A stretch of 64,000 bases of DNA from Candidatus Marinacidobacterales bacterium (GTDB lineage Bacteria; Acidobacteriota; Vicinamibacteria; Marinacidobacterales; DATDRI01). The position numbers were made by a program, and so were the translations under genes. The stretch's first letter is position 1, and every line of letters begins with the position of its first letter. Below the pieces are notes generated by a model, which searched no databases, had not been told where the DNA came from, and worked only from the letters and a program-made list of their open reading frames with translations. Location of the stretch: NCBI GenBank assembly GCA_965226495.1, contig OZ245365.1, positions 4,320,001 to 4,384,000 of the forward strand, in the 5' to 3' direction. Positions 1-9,208 of the stretch are shown piece by piece.

Positions 1-367
1 CCGCGCGAAGGGGCTAGATGAGGAAGTAGTTCATGAAGCGTATAGAAAACAGTACGTCCTAGCCGGAGATAGTGAGCGCGTGGAGGCCATGGATCGCGGC
101 TACGCCGAGTCGGGCCCTCGAGGCGCCGTGTGCGAAGCAGCCGAAGTGTTGGCAGCACGATCCAAACTCAGGTACGTTTCCTCTACCGACATCGCCTTGA
201 GCTATGTTCACTGCGAGAGGAGCGACGAAGCCTTTTATTGGCTTGAAAAAGCATACGCGGAGCGTGATCCCTTCTTAACCCTTCTTGCCGTTGACCCCGA
301 TTGGGATCCCATTCGCTCCGATCCCCGTTTCCAAAAGTTGGTGCGGTTGATGAACTTCCCCGAGTAA
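1..367 (+). CDS. C-terminal TPR portion of a Ser/Thr kinase-TPR protein (partial, starts upstream of window); tandem paralog of 430..2904
   Basis: Ends ...AFYWLEKAYAERDPFLTLLAVDPDWDPIRSDPRFQKLVRLMNFPE, nearly the same as the C-terminus of 430..2904; DNA aligns with about 2538-2904. Confidence 0.85.
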   Translation, partial: RAKGLDEEVVHEAYRKQYVLAGDSERVEAMDRGYAESGPRGAVCEAAEVLAARSKLRYVSSTDIALSYVHCERSDEAFYWLEKAYAERDPFLTLLAVDPDWDPIRSDPRFQKLVRLMNFPE

Positions 368-380
368 ACCACTGGCCCTT

Positions 381-410
381 TTGACTTTTCAGTCTGTGCA
401 GAGGTAATTT
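381..410 (+). promoter_or_regulatory. Putative sigma70 promoter for kinase gene
   Basis: TTGACT-N18-TAATTT, 19 nt upstream of the ATG at 430. Confidence 0.35.
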
Positions 411-429
411 AACGTTCTAAGGGCTAGCT

Positions 430-2904
430 ATGTCACTCGACCCCGGCACTAAGCTGGGTCCCTATGAAATCCAGGCACCCATCGGCGCGGGCGGCATGGG
501 CGAAGTCTACAAAGCGAAGGACCTCAAGCTCGGCCGGGACGTAGCCATCAAAATCCTGCGCGGGGATCTTGCCGGGGATCCCGAACGCTTGAGGCGCTTC
601 GAGCAAGAGGCCCGCGCGGCTTCATCTCTCAACCACCCGAACATCGTCACCATTCACGACATCCGCCTTCGCAAGGCTTCCGCCTCCGCGCAGCTTCGGC
701 GGGACAAGTCGGCGGGACAAGTCGGCGAAGAAGGCGATATCGACTACATCGTCATGGAGTACGTCGAGGGCACGACACTCCGAGACATGCTTGGCGGAGA
801 GCCGTTGCCGAACAAGAAGCTTCTCCAACTCTCCACGCAGATTGCGGATGGACTTGCCAAAGCGCACTCCGCGGGAATCGTTCACCGGGACCTGAAGCCA
901 GAGAACCTGATGGTTACCAACGACGGGTTCGTCAAGATTCTAGACTTTGGAATCGCCAAGCTAACGCCTCAGCTCTACGAAGCCAGCTCTGAGGAGAGTT
1001 CTTCGTCAAGGGTTGGGGGCACACTGGCGAAGGAGGGCACGACTCCGGGTGTGGTGATGGGAACGGTTGGTTACATGTCTCCAGAACAGGCGAAGGGGCT
1101 GCCATCGGACTATCGCTCCGACCAGTTCGCTCTAGGTACCGTCCTCTACGAGATGGCGGCAGGAAAGCGGGCCTTTCGCCACGACACACAGGGAGAGACG
1201 CAGGTCGCGATCATCCGGGACGAGCCAGAAGCCCTCACCCAACTCAACCCCAACCTTCCTGCGCCATTTCGCTGGATTGTCGAGCGGTGCCTAGCAAAGG
1301 CTCCAGAAGAGCGGTACACGTCGACCCAAGACCTTGCCCGCGAATTACAGAACGTACGAGACCATCTCGGCGAAGTTTCCTCGTCGACAGCCATCGCTAA
1401 ACCTCAACTTGGCCACCGACGGGCGGGCATACTTTCCTTAGCCGCGTTGCCCATCATTGTGCTCGCCCTGGTTGTCGGATTGAACGTCGGCGGCTTGCGG
1501 GAGCGGCTGTTCGGTGGAGCAACTCCAGGACGCATTGAATCCATCGCTGTTCTGCCACTGGAGAATCTCTCAGGCGACCCCGAGCAGGAGTACTTTGCCG
1601 ATGGGATGACCGAAGCGCTAATTGCGGACTTGGCCAAGGTGGGCTCCATCAAGGTGATCTCACGGACCTCGGTGATGCAGTACAAAGGAGTCAAGAAGCC
1701 GCTCCCAGAAATCGCTCGAGAGTTGGGTGTGGATGCGGTTGTCGAAGGGTCGGTCATGCGTTCCGGGGATCGCGTACGGATCACCGCCCAGCTCATCGAT
1801 GCGGCGACCGACCAACATCTCTGGACCGAGAGCTACGAACGGGACCTGCGCGACATCCTCGCCTTGCAAAGTGAGGTGGCACGGGCCATCGCGAAAGAGA
1901 TCAAAATCACGCTGACGCCTCAGGAGGAGGCACTCCTGGCCAGCGCTCGCCCCGTCGACCCCGAGGCCCATGAGGCCTATCTCAGGGGACGGTATTCCTG
2001 GAACAAAGAAGATGTGAAGACAGCCGTCGACTATTTCGAGCGGGCGATCGACCAAGACCCCGACTACGCTATTGCCTACGCGGGACTGGCCGACGCCTAT
2101 GCCATACTTGGGCTTTGGGGAATTACTCCCCCTGCGGAGGCGATACCGAAAGCGCGCGCCGCGGTGCAGAAAGCGCTGGAGCTGGACGATACGCTCGCCG
2201 AAGCGCACACCCCGTTGGGACTCATCAAATTCTATTTCGACTGGGAATGGTCGGCTGCCCAGGCAGAGTTCCGGCGGGCCCTCGAGCTCAACCCGAGCTA
2301 TGCCCTCGCTCATGACTTTTACGCCGTGTATCTGGCTGCGGTGGGGCGACTCGATGAAGCCCTGGCCGAAATAAAGCGCGCGAAGGAGCTCGACCCGCTA
2401 TCCCTTAGGATGGACGTGGCTCTGGCGTTTCAATTCCGGCTCTCACGCCAGTACGACCGATCCATCGAAGAAGCGCAGAAGGTGCTCGAGATGGATCCGA
2501 GCTATTGGCTGGCGCAATTGAACCTCGCGACCACTTACCGCGCGAAGGGGCTAGACGAGGAAATAGTTCTTGAAGCGTATAGAAAACAGCACGTGCTAGC
2601 CGGAGACAGCGAGCGTGTGGAGGCCGTGGATCGCGGCTACGCCGAGTCGGGCCCTCGAGGAGCCTACCTCGAAGTGGCTGAAATGTTGGTAGCACGATCC
2701 AAGCTCAGGTACGTTTCCTCTATCGACACCGCCTTAGCCTATGTTTACTGCGAGAGGAAGGACGAAGCCTTTTTTTGGCTGGAAAAAGCATACGCGGAGG
2801 GGAATCCCTTCTTAGCCCTTCTTGCCGTAGAGACCGATTGGGATCCCATTCGTTCCGACCCCCGCTTTCAAGATTTGGTGCGGCGCATGAACTTCCCCGA
2901 CTAG
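430..2904 (+). CDS. Hanks-type Ser/Thr protein kinase with hydrophobic segment, TolB-N-like domain and TPR repeats
   Basis: [30 protein letters not shown] motifs; SIAVLPLENLSGDPEQEYFADGMTE TolB-N-like motif; TPR-like helices. Confidence 0.95.
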   Translation: MSLDPGTKLGPYEIQAPIGAGGMGEVYKAKDLKLGRDVAIKILRGDLAGDPERLRRFEQEARAASSLNHPNIVTIHDIRLRKASASAQLRRDKSAGQVGEEGDIDYIVMEYVEGTTLRDMLGGEPLPNKKLLQLSTQIADGLAKAHSAGIVHRDLKPENLMVTNDGFVKILDFGIAKLTPQLYEASSEESSSSRVGGTLAKEGTTPGVVMGTVGYMSPEQAKGLPSDYRSDQFALGTVLYEMAAGKRAFRHDTQGETQVAIIRDEPEALTQLNPNLPAPFRWIVERCLAKAPEERYTSTQDLARELQNVRDHLGEVSSSTAIAKPQLGHRRAGILSLAALPIIVLALVVGLNVGGLRERLFGGATPGRIESIAVLPLENLSGDPEQEYFADGMTEALIADLAKVGSIKVISRTSVMQYKGVKKPLPEIARELGVDAVVEGSVMRSGDRVRITAQLIDAATDQHLWTESYERDLRDILALQSEVARAIAKEIKITLTPQEEALLASARPVDPEAHEAYLRGRYSWNKEDVKTAVDYFERAIDQDPDYAIAYAGLADAYAILGLWGITPPAEAIPKARAAVQKALELDDTLAEAHTPLGLIKFYFDWEWSAAQAEFRRALELNPSYALAHDFYAVYLAAVGRLDEALAEIKRAKELDPLSLRMDVALAFQFRLSRQYDRSIEEAQKVLEMDPSYWLAQLNLATTYRAKGLDEEIVLEAYRKQHVLAGDSERVEAVDRGYAESGPRGAYLEVAEMLVARSKLRYVSSIDTALAYVYCERKDEAFFWLEKAYAEGNPFLALLAVETDWDPIRSDPRFQDLVRRMNFPD
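662..721 (+). repeat. Two nested 30-bp palindromic (REP-like) elements inserted in frame in the kinase gene
   Basis: tccgccttcgcaaggct[tccgcctccgcgcagcttcggcgggacaag]tcggcgggacaag; removing the 60 nt restores canonical VTIHDIGEEGDIDYIVME. Confidence 0.8.
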
Positions 2905-4028
2905 CGACGGGGCGCCTTCAGGCTGAACAGTTCGGAAGCCTCTTCAAAACCCTTGGCGTGGCGTTTTCCCACTCGCTTGAACTTAAAGCGTTTTTCAGCC
3001 TTCTCTCGTGTGTCGGAGCAGGCGAGGATAGGACCGGTCTTGTCCGACACAAATTTCTCTATCCGGAAGGCAAGGACCACAGGCTCCCCCACCATGGACA
3101 GGCCCTTCCGGCGTTCACCCCCGAAACTGTCGATCATCACCGGCCCTGTCGCCAGGGCCCAGTCTATTTTCAGAGGGAAATTCTCGATGGACCAGATGCT
3201 GTCGTCATCGGCGATCTCGAGGGCGATTTCGTGAAGGGCTAGGGCCGCATGGCACGCCCGTTCGGCGTGATTCGTCTCCGCGCGCTCATCCTCTTCCCAA
3301 AAGGCGAATATGGCATCACCTTGATATTCCTTCACGGTTCCGCCAAGATCATTCACCGTCTGCTCCAGCCGTGCAAAAACCCGTTCGACGCACTTCTGCA
3401 GTTCCTCCGGAGGAACCTTTTGCACCAGCATCGTGTAATCGCGGATATCGCCCACTAGCGTGGTCACGTAGCTGACCTTGGAGGTACCAACGGTCGCGTT
3501 TGATTCGAAGGCCTGGTCTATCTGGGGGATTTCCTCGGCCAGAAGGACAAGCTCCAGCTCGTCGCTCACCTGGATCGTTTGTCCCACCTTCAGTTGGAAT
3601 TCCAGGTTGGGTACGAGGCGGCGCCCATCAACTCGCGTCCCATTTCGGCTGACGTCGCGGACCACGAAGCTACCGTCTTGATTGCGGGTCACGGAACAAT
3701 GACGTGAGGAAACCGTCGCGTCGTCCACAAGGAGCACACCCGGCGCGAGCACCTGGCCAGACTTGTAACGGCCCACGTCGATTCGTTCGTAGAAGCGAAA
3801 GCGTTGCTCCTGGTCGGTGCCCAGATTGCGCACCAGGTCCGCAGGCGCCGGCCCGATTGTAGCCGGCGGCTCGTAATACACCGGGGCGAGCGAGACCCTT
3901 CCCTCCTCGGGCTGGTCGGATTGGGTCATGCCGGAGACGGCTCCATGGCCTCGCGGTTCCGGGAACGGATCTCGTTGATACTGGGCATCGTGGGCGGTGG
4001 CGGTATCGGAAGAGGGGTTCGCTGTCAA
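2901..4028 (-). CDS. FHA domain + class III adenylate/guanylate cyclase
   Basis: FHA motifs VGR...VSSRHC...VRDVSRNGTRVDG; cyclase motifs VGDIRDYT, KEYQGDAIFAFW, GEPVVLAFRIE. Confidence 0.9.
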   Translation of the reverse strand: MTANPSSDTATAHDAQYQRDPFPEPRGHGAVSGMTQSDQPEEGRVSLAPVYYEPPATIGPAPADLVRNLGTDQEQRFRFYERIDVGRYKSGQVLAPGVLLVDDATVSSRHCSVTRNQDGSFVVRDVSRNGTRVDGRRLVPNLEFQLKVGQTIQVSDELELVLLAEEIPQIDQAFESNATVGTSKVSYVTTLVGDIRDYTMLVQKVPPEELQKCVERVFARLEQTVNDLGGTVKEYQGDAIFAFWEEDERAETNHAERACHAALALHEIALEIADDDSIWSIENFPLKIDWALATGPVMIDSFGGERRKGLSMVGEPVVLAFRIEKFVSDKTGPILACSDTREKAEKRFKFKRVGKRHAKGFEEASELFSLKAPRR

Positions 4029-4096
4029 TCCAGCACTAGCTAAAGGGAATCGGGTGCCGCCTCACCCTGGGAAGGATAGCACATTCTGGAAAGGCC

Positions 4097-4925
4097 TCAC
4101 GGCAGGAAACGTCCCACTTCCGAGTCGAAAATTTCCTCCGCAGGCACGGTTACATTGTAACGTTCGCGAGCGACCTCCAAGATGGAGCCTGCAAACTGCG
4201 GGTGATCTTTCAGGGCGTTCATCAAATCCGCTTTGTCTAGAACGAACAGATCGCAATCGCTCACCGCGCGGACCGATGCGGTGCGTTCTTGAGAAAAAAG
4301 CAGACCGACCTCCCCAAAGAAATCTCCATCGGTCAACTCGCTAATCGCCCTGCCGCTAGAGTCCAACACCTCCGCCCGTCCCCGACTGATGAAGTACATT
4401 TCGTGACCGACCTCGCCCTTTTCGATGACGTACTCACCCGGGCCGTAGGCGACGGGCTTGAGCATCAGGGACAGGGAATTCAGGAAGACGGTGCTACAAG
4501 ATTGAAACAGCGGCACCCCCTGCAGAACATCCCGGTTGATGACCTCCACCCAGCGCCGCCCGTCGTCTTCGATGAGGTCGAAGGCTTCTCGTGGTCCCCA
4601 CGATCCCGCGGGATAGTTGGGAAAGTCTTTCGCTCTTTCCGAGGCCCAGGAATCGAGAATCGGTTGAGCGATTTCCCAAGCCGTCTCGACCAAATCGGTC
4701 CGTGAAAAAAGCGTCGCGTCGCCGATCATGGTGTTGTACAACAGCGTCTCGTAACCCGTGCCCCTCGACGCTTCGAAGGCCTCCCCGTAGTTGAAACGCA
4801 TGTTGACCTTCTGGAGATGCATCGACGGGCCGGGCGTCTTGGCCTGGAAACGAAGCTCGATTCCCTGATCCGGCTGGATATGAAAAATGAGCTGGTTGGC
4901 GTCGAGGTGAGCCACCGGCGTGTCG
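4097..4925 (-). pseudogene. zwf: 5'-truncated glucose-6-phosphate dehydrogenase C-terminus fused to a cyclic-nucleotide-binding domain
   Basis: NQLIFHIQPDQGI...YETLLYNTMIGDATLFSRTD...YPAGSWGP is the G6PD C-terminus; followed by GEVGHEMYFISRG...FFGEVGLL...RTASVRA (CNBD). The NADP-binding N-terminus is absent. Confidence 0.85.
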
Positions 4926-5249
4926 GATAAAGCGGACCCGCGCCTCAACCGACTCCAAACGAAAGCGATGGTGGGAGAGCCAATCTGGGCCGCGAGCAAG
5001 GGCGATCAGGGTGCGATCCATCGACTCATCGTGCGGGGCTTCGATCAGGATGCCGGCGACTACGATAAACGTACCCCGCTTCACTTGGCCGCCGCGGAGG
5101 GCCACGAGCACATCGTCCAGTACTTCATCGACCAAGGCGTCGAGCTCTCTCCGCGCGACCGCTGGGCTGGCACGCCCCTTTGCGACGCCCGCCGCCATGG
5201 GCACGGCCGCGTGGTCCAGCTGTTAGAGAGCCACGGCGCGGTCGAGTAG
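4914..5249 (+). pseudogene. Ankyrin-repeat fragment, resembling the C-terminus of ankyrin-bearing glutaminases
   Basis: DPR...IWAASKGD...DYDKRTPLHLAAAEGH...DRWAGTPLCDARRHGH; no upstream catalytic domain or RBS. Confidence 0.65.
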
Positions 5250-5299
5250 GTCCACTGCGCGGGTTGCATTCCCGACCACGCGCGAGTAATAACCTGGCC

Positions 5300-6406
5300 G
5301 TGCTCCAGTCCGCCTTCTTCCGGAAGTACCTTCTCCCCGGTTTCGTACTTCAATCCATGGTCATCGCCGGTGGTTACGGGACCGGTCGCGAGTTGGTCGA
5401 GTTCTTCTTGAAATTTGGCGCCATCGGCGGGCTCCTTGGCATGTGGCTGGTCTCGGTCGTCATCTGGTGCGCCGTGTGTGCCGTCACGTTCGAGCTGGCG
5501 CGACTAAGCAAGTCATACGACTATCGAACCTTCGCCCGACAGCTCCTCGGTCGTTTCTGGTGGTCCTACGAAGTTTGTTACTTGATCATGATGTTGATCA
5601 TTCTCTCCGTTATTGCGGCCGCGGCCGGGAGCATTGTCCAACAATTGTTCTCCGCTCCCTACTTCGTGGGCGTGGTTCTCATCATGGGGGCGGTGGGCTT
5701 TCTGGTGCTCAAGGGCACATCGCTGGTCGAGCGCGTACTTTCCTTCTGGTCGTTAGTCCTCTACGCCGTCTACATCGTGTTTCTCATCGCGTGCGTTTCC
5801 AAGTTCGGCGACGACATCGCATCCGGCCTCAAGCAAGGGGAGATCAAACCGGGCTGGTTAGGCGGCGGGCTGAAGTATGCCGCCTACAATCTTGGCATGC
5901 TTCCAGTAGTTCTCTTTGCGGTGAGGCACATCGAGCGGCGAAAAGAGGCCTTCATCGCAGGTGTCTTGGCGGGGCCGATCACAATGCTACCTGGGTTCTT
6001 CTTTTATCTCACCATGGTCGGACGCTATCCCGCCGTCGTGTCGGAGACTGTTCCCTCCGTCTTTCTCTTGGAAGAGCTCGGCTCGCGCCTGTTTCTTTTC
6101 GTCTTCCAGATCATGCTCTTGGGTACTCTTGTGGAAACCGGGACCGGTATGATCCACGCCTTCAACGAGCGACTCGCCACAGCCCTCGAGGAGAAAGGCC
6201 GGAAACTGTCGCCCGTATTCCGGCCCGCGGTCGCCGTTTTCCTTCTCTTGTTGGCCAGCGTCGTAGCCCAGGTAGGGCTCGAGAACTTGGTCGCCAAAGG
6301 ATACGGCACGGCGACCTACGGCTTCTGGATCGTGTTCCTTATTCCAGTCTTGACGATCGGGGTCTACAAGATCGCCACCATCAAGGAACCCGTACCCGCG
6401 AAGTAA
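5300..6406 (+). CDS. YkvI-family integral membrane protein (putative permease)
   Basis: SMVIAGGYGTGRELVEFF motif and many hydrophobic segments; GTG start at 5300 chosen. Confidence 0.8.
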   Translation: MLQSAFFRKYLLPGFVLQSMVIAGGYGTGRELVEFFLKFGAIGGLLGMWLVSVVIWCAVCAVTFELARLSKSYDYRTFARQLLGRFWWSYEVCYLIMMLIILSVIAAAAGSIVQQLFSAPYFVGVVLIMGAVGFLVLKGTSLVERVLSFWSLVLYAVYIVFLIACVSKFGDDIASGLKQGEIKPGWLGGGLKYAAYNLGMLPVVLFAVRHIERRKEAFIAGVLAGPITMLPGFFFYLTMVGRYPAVVSETVPSVFLLEELGSRLFLFVFQIMLLGTLVETGTGMIHAFNERLATALEEKGRKLSPVFRPAVAVFLLLLASVVAQVGLENLVAKGYGTATYGFWIVFLIPVLTIGVYKIATIKEPVPAK

Positions 6407-6482
6407 CTGTCTCCGCATACGTCCCATCGCTTTGCGCTATGATGGATCTACGCAAAGCCAATCGAACCGACTGAAGTCTCCC

Positions 6483-7234
6483 ATGAGCATGCTGCGGCGT
6501 TTTCTACTCTTGGCCCTAGGGGTCTTTCCGATTTGGGCCATGGGTTGTAGTTCTTCCACCTCACCGTCCCCCGCCAACGATCTGGACGCGGCGAGCCACG
6601 TCACCGCGGAGACGGCCGAGCCCCGGGCGGAGTACACCGTCACGTTCGATGCGGCCTGGAGCGCGGCCACGCATCCAGAAGATTTCCCCGGCAACCCCCA
6701 CTTTTCGGGATTGATCGGCGCAACCCATAACAACCAGGTCCGTTTTTGGAATGCCGGGAGAAGAGCGTCGGACGGCATCAAGGCTATGGCGGAGCGGGAC
6801 AGCAACCGCGGAGACCCCTCTCAATGAAGAGATCCGCGCCGCCCAAGCCGATGGTACGGCCGACAAGCTATTGTCGGGCGACGGCATCGCGCGATCGCCG
6901 GCAAGCGTGTCTCTCGATTTCGTGATCCGGCGCGACCACCCGCTGGTCACTCTCGTCTCGATGGTGGCACCCAGTCCCGATTGGTTTCGCGATGGTGGCA
7001 CCCAGTCCCGATTGGTTTGCGGGCGTTTTAAGCCTTCTCGAAGGAGATCAGTGGGTCGACGAGCTCACGGTGGTGCTCTTCGCCTACGATGCCGGCACCG
7101 ATAGCGGAACGACCTACGCGTCGGCCGATCAAGCGACTTCGCCCCGCGAGCCGATCCAGCGACTAGAAGGACGCCCCCTTGCGGTAGGTGGCCAAGTCGC
7201 ACCCGTCGGCACGTTCACCTTCACCCGACACTGA
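6483..7234 (+). pseudogene. Spondin_N-domain lipoprotein, frameshifted
   Basis: Lipobox-like AMGC; YTVTFDAAWSAATHP...PHFSGLIGATH, SMVAPSPDWF, YDAGTDSG split over three frames; 31-bp tandem duplication at 6960-7021. Confidence 0.8.
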
Positions 7235-7236
7235 GC

Positions 7237-7682
7237 CTATACCGGCCAGCCGCGCCAGGTTCGGGCCACGCGACCCTCGGAGTCTAGCTCGCTGCCACAG
7301 ATGTAAGTCTTGATGTTGTAGATCTTGCCCTCGCGGATTTTGTCGACGACGGCGAAGTAAAACTGGACGCGACTCCCCGCCGGGCCGCCGTCCTTTGGGC
7401 TCTCGCTTCGGGTGCCGAGACCCTCTGCTTCGAGCACGACTTGGCTATCCTTCGCGAATACGTTCGTAATCTCCCACTTCAGATCGGGAAAGGTGTCGAA
7501 GTACATCTGCATTTCGTCTCGGATCTGATCCTTCCCGCTGCGGGGCTCCTCGCCAGATCGAGATCGACGATGTCACTGGATAGCGTCGAGACCGCCTTGT
7601 CGATATCGTGCTCGGACATCCCTTCTATGTTGGTCCGCACGAGCTCCATGTTTGCCAATTCCTCTTCGGTGAACGCGCTCAT
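7237..7682 (-). pseudogene. SnoaL/NTF2-like protein with a frameshift near 7510-7550
   Basis: RBS AGGAGAGG + MSAFTEEELANMELVR...; continues in another frame as YFDTFPDLKWEITNVFAKDSQVVLE...IREGKI. Confidence 0.65.
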
Positions 7683-7698
7683 ATCGCCTCTCCTTGCG

Positions 7699-9036
7699 CT
7701 ATGGGGTCGTGGCAGACGGAGACATCGAGCTCTTCCTGCGGTCGCGGAGGATCTTTCCATCCTTGATGACCAAGATGGGTCGAGTCACCACGGTAATGTC
7801 ATCGAGCGGATTGCCGGGCACCACGATCACGTCCGCCAGCTTTCCAACTTCGAGCGTTCCGACCGAGTCGGCCATCCCGGCCGTCATGGCGCCGACATGG
7901 GTCGCGGCCTGAAGCACTTCTATTGCAGAGTAGCCCCACGCCATGAATTGCGTCAGCTCATCGTTGTAGAAGCCTGCGATCTTGTCTTGGTACTGACCCT
8001 CGACGTCGGTTGCGATGGCCATCGGAATTCCAGCCTGGTGCATCTTGCGAAATCGATCTTCGAAGTGCTTACCCGAAAGCTGGAAGCGGTTGTCATCCTC
8101 GGAGGGCTTGTCCCAGCTCTCGCGGGCACCGCGTCGCGATGTGCTGACGGTTGGGACGATCAAAGTTCCCTGCCTCTTCATCATCTCGATGACCTGGGCT
8201 TCGTTCTTCATCGGATAGAGATGCTCAATGATATCGGCGCCTGCCGCGACGGCCCATTCCACCATCATCATGTCCCAGTCCGCGTACCATCCAGAGGCCA
8301 CCGGCTTGCCGCCCTTCCTACCACCCGCGTGAACGGAAATGAGCGCACCCAGGCTATGGGTCGTCTCCACGGCTACTTGCACTTCTTCGGCCGTGAACGG
8401 AGGAGTCACTTTCGTGAAATCGGCCCCGAGCGCAAAATTCTTACGGATGTTCCTCCGCCATTCACCGGGCGAGTCCGACGGGACCATGACTTTCTCGGGG
8501 AGCATCAACTCGAACTCTCCGCCGTGCGCGCCGGTTGACGCCATGACTTGATTCGCCACGACGAGGCGGGGGGCCTCCAGATAACCTTTCTGAATCGCCA
8601 GCTTGAGGCCGATGGCCACGTTGTTACGCCCACCCAGATCGCGAACGAGAGTGATTCCGTTGTCGAGTGCTTGCTGCAAAAGGGCAGCGCCCCGAAGCGC
8701 ACACAACGAATCGTCCTCGAAGTCTCGAGGATGAGGAAGGAAGAACGCGGGATGGGTGTGTGCATCGACCAGACCTGGAAGAACGGTAGTGCCTGGGACT
8801 TCGATAACCTGGGCGCCATCCGGGACCCTTATCTGATTCTTAGGACCGACCTGGGTGATACGGTTGCCTTCGATGACAACCGCATAGCCCGGTTTCGATG
8901 GCGCTCCGGTCGAATCGATCAGCCTCTCTCCGATAACGACGAGCGGCGGACGCGATTCCTCCTGCGCCGGCATAGCCGCGGCACTGACGAGAGCTATGAA
9001 GACCACTAATAAACCTGGCACTCTTGCTGACTGCAT
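7699..9036 (-). CDS. Secreted amidohydrolase family protein
   Basis: Signal peptide; PGLVDAHTH, GITLVRDLGG, ATD, GTLEVGKLADVIVVPGNPL; RBS AAGGAGG before ATG 9036. Confidence 0.9.
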   Translation of the reverse strand: MQSARVPGLLVVFIALVSAAAMPAQEESRPPLVVIGERLIDSTGAPSKPGYAVVIEGNRITQVGPKNQIRVPDGAQVIEVPGTTVLPGLVDAHTHPAFFLPHPRDFEDDSLCALRGAALLQQALDNGITLVRDLGGRNNVAIGLKLAIQKGYLEAPRLVVANQVMASTGAHGGEFELMLPEKVMVPSDSPGEWRRNIRKNFALGADFTKVTPPFTAEEVQVAVETTHSLGALISVHAGGRKGGKPVASGWYADWDMMMVEWAVAAGADIIEHLYPMKNEAQVIEMMKRQGTLIVPTVSTSRRGARESWDKPSEDDNRFQLSGKHFEDRFRKMHQAGIPMAIATDVEGQYQDKIAGFYNDELTQFMAWGYSAIEVLQAATHVGAMTAGMADSVGTLEVGKLADVIVVPGNPLDDITVVTRPILVIKDGKILRDRRKSSMSPSATTP

Positions 9037-9208
9037 TTGGACGTCCTCCTTCGACGTGAGGTTCATATCCCGATGGACCCTCGAGCGGGAGTCTACGTTA
9101 CGAGGGAGATTTCTACAATGAATGGACCCAGCAGTGAGTGCCGATCTCGATGCGGTGAGCAACGGGATCGGCGCTAGTCCTCTAACTCACAACCTCTTGA
9201 CCCAGGGG

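Noticed and set aside
999-1037. Possible second palindromic insert in the kinase activation loop (ttcttcgtca...tggcgaagga)
   Set aside because: Imperfect stem in a naturally variable loop; cannot be separated from chance without paralog alignment
2901-4925. Pycsar-type anti-phage system (cyclase + CNBD effector)
   Set aside because: The CNBD is fused to G6PD rather than TIR or TM effectors and the cyclase carries FHA; a defence role is unsupported though not excluded
7441-8538. Long opposite-strand or alternate-frame ORFs (also 5443..6474, 18344..19399, 31963..33165, 41408..42736, 43190..44449, 59929..61050)
   Set aside because: Shadow ORFs of well-supported genes, expected in high-GC DNA, with no recognisable motifs
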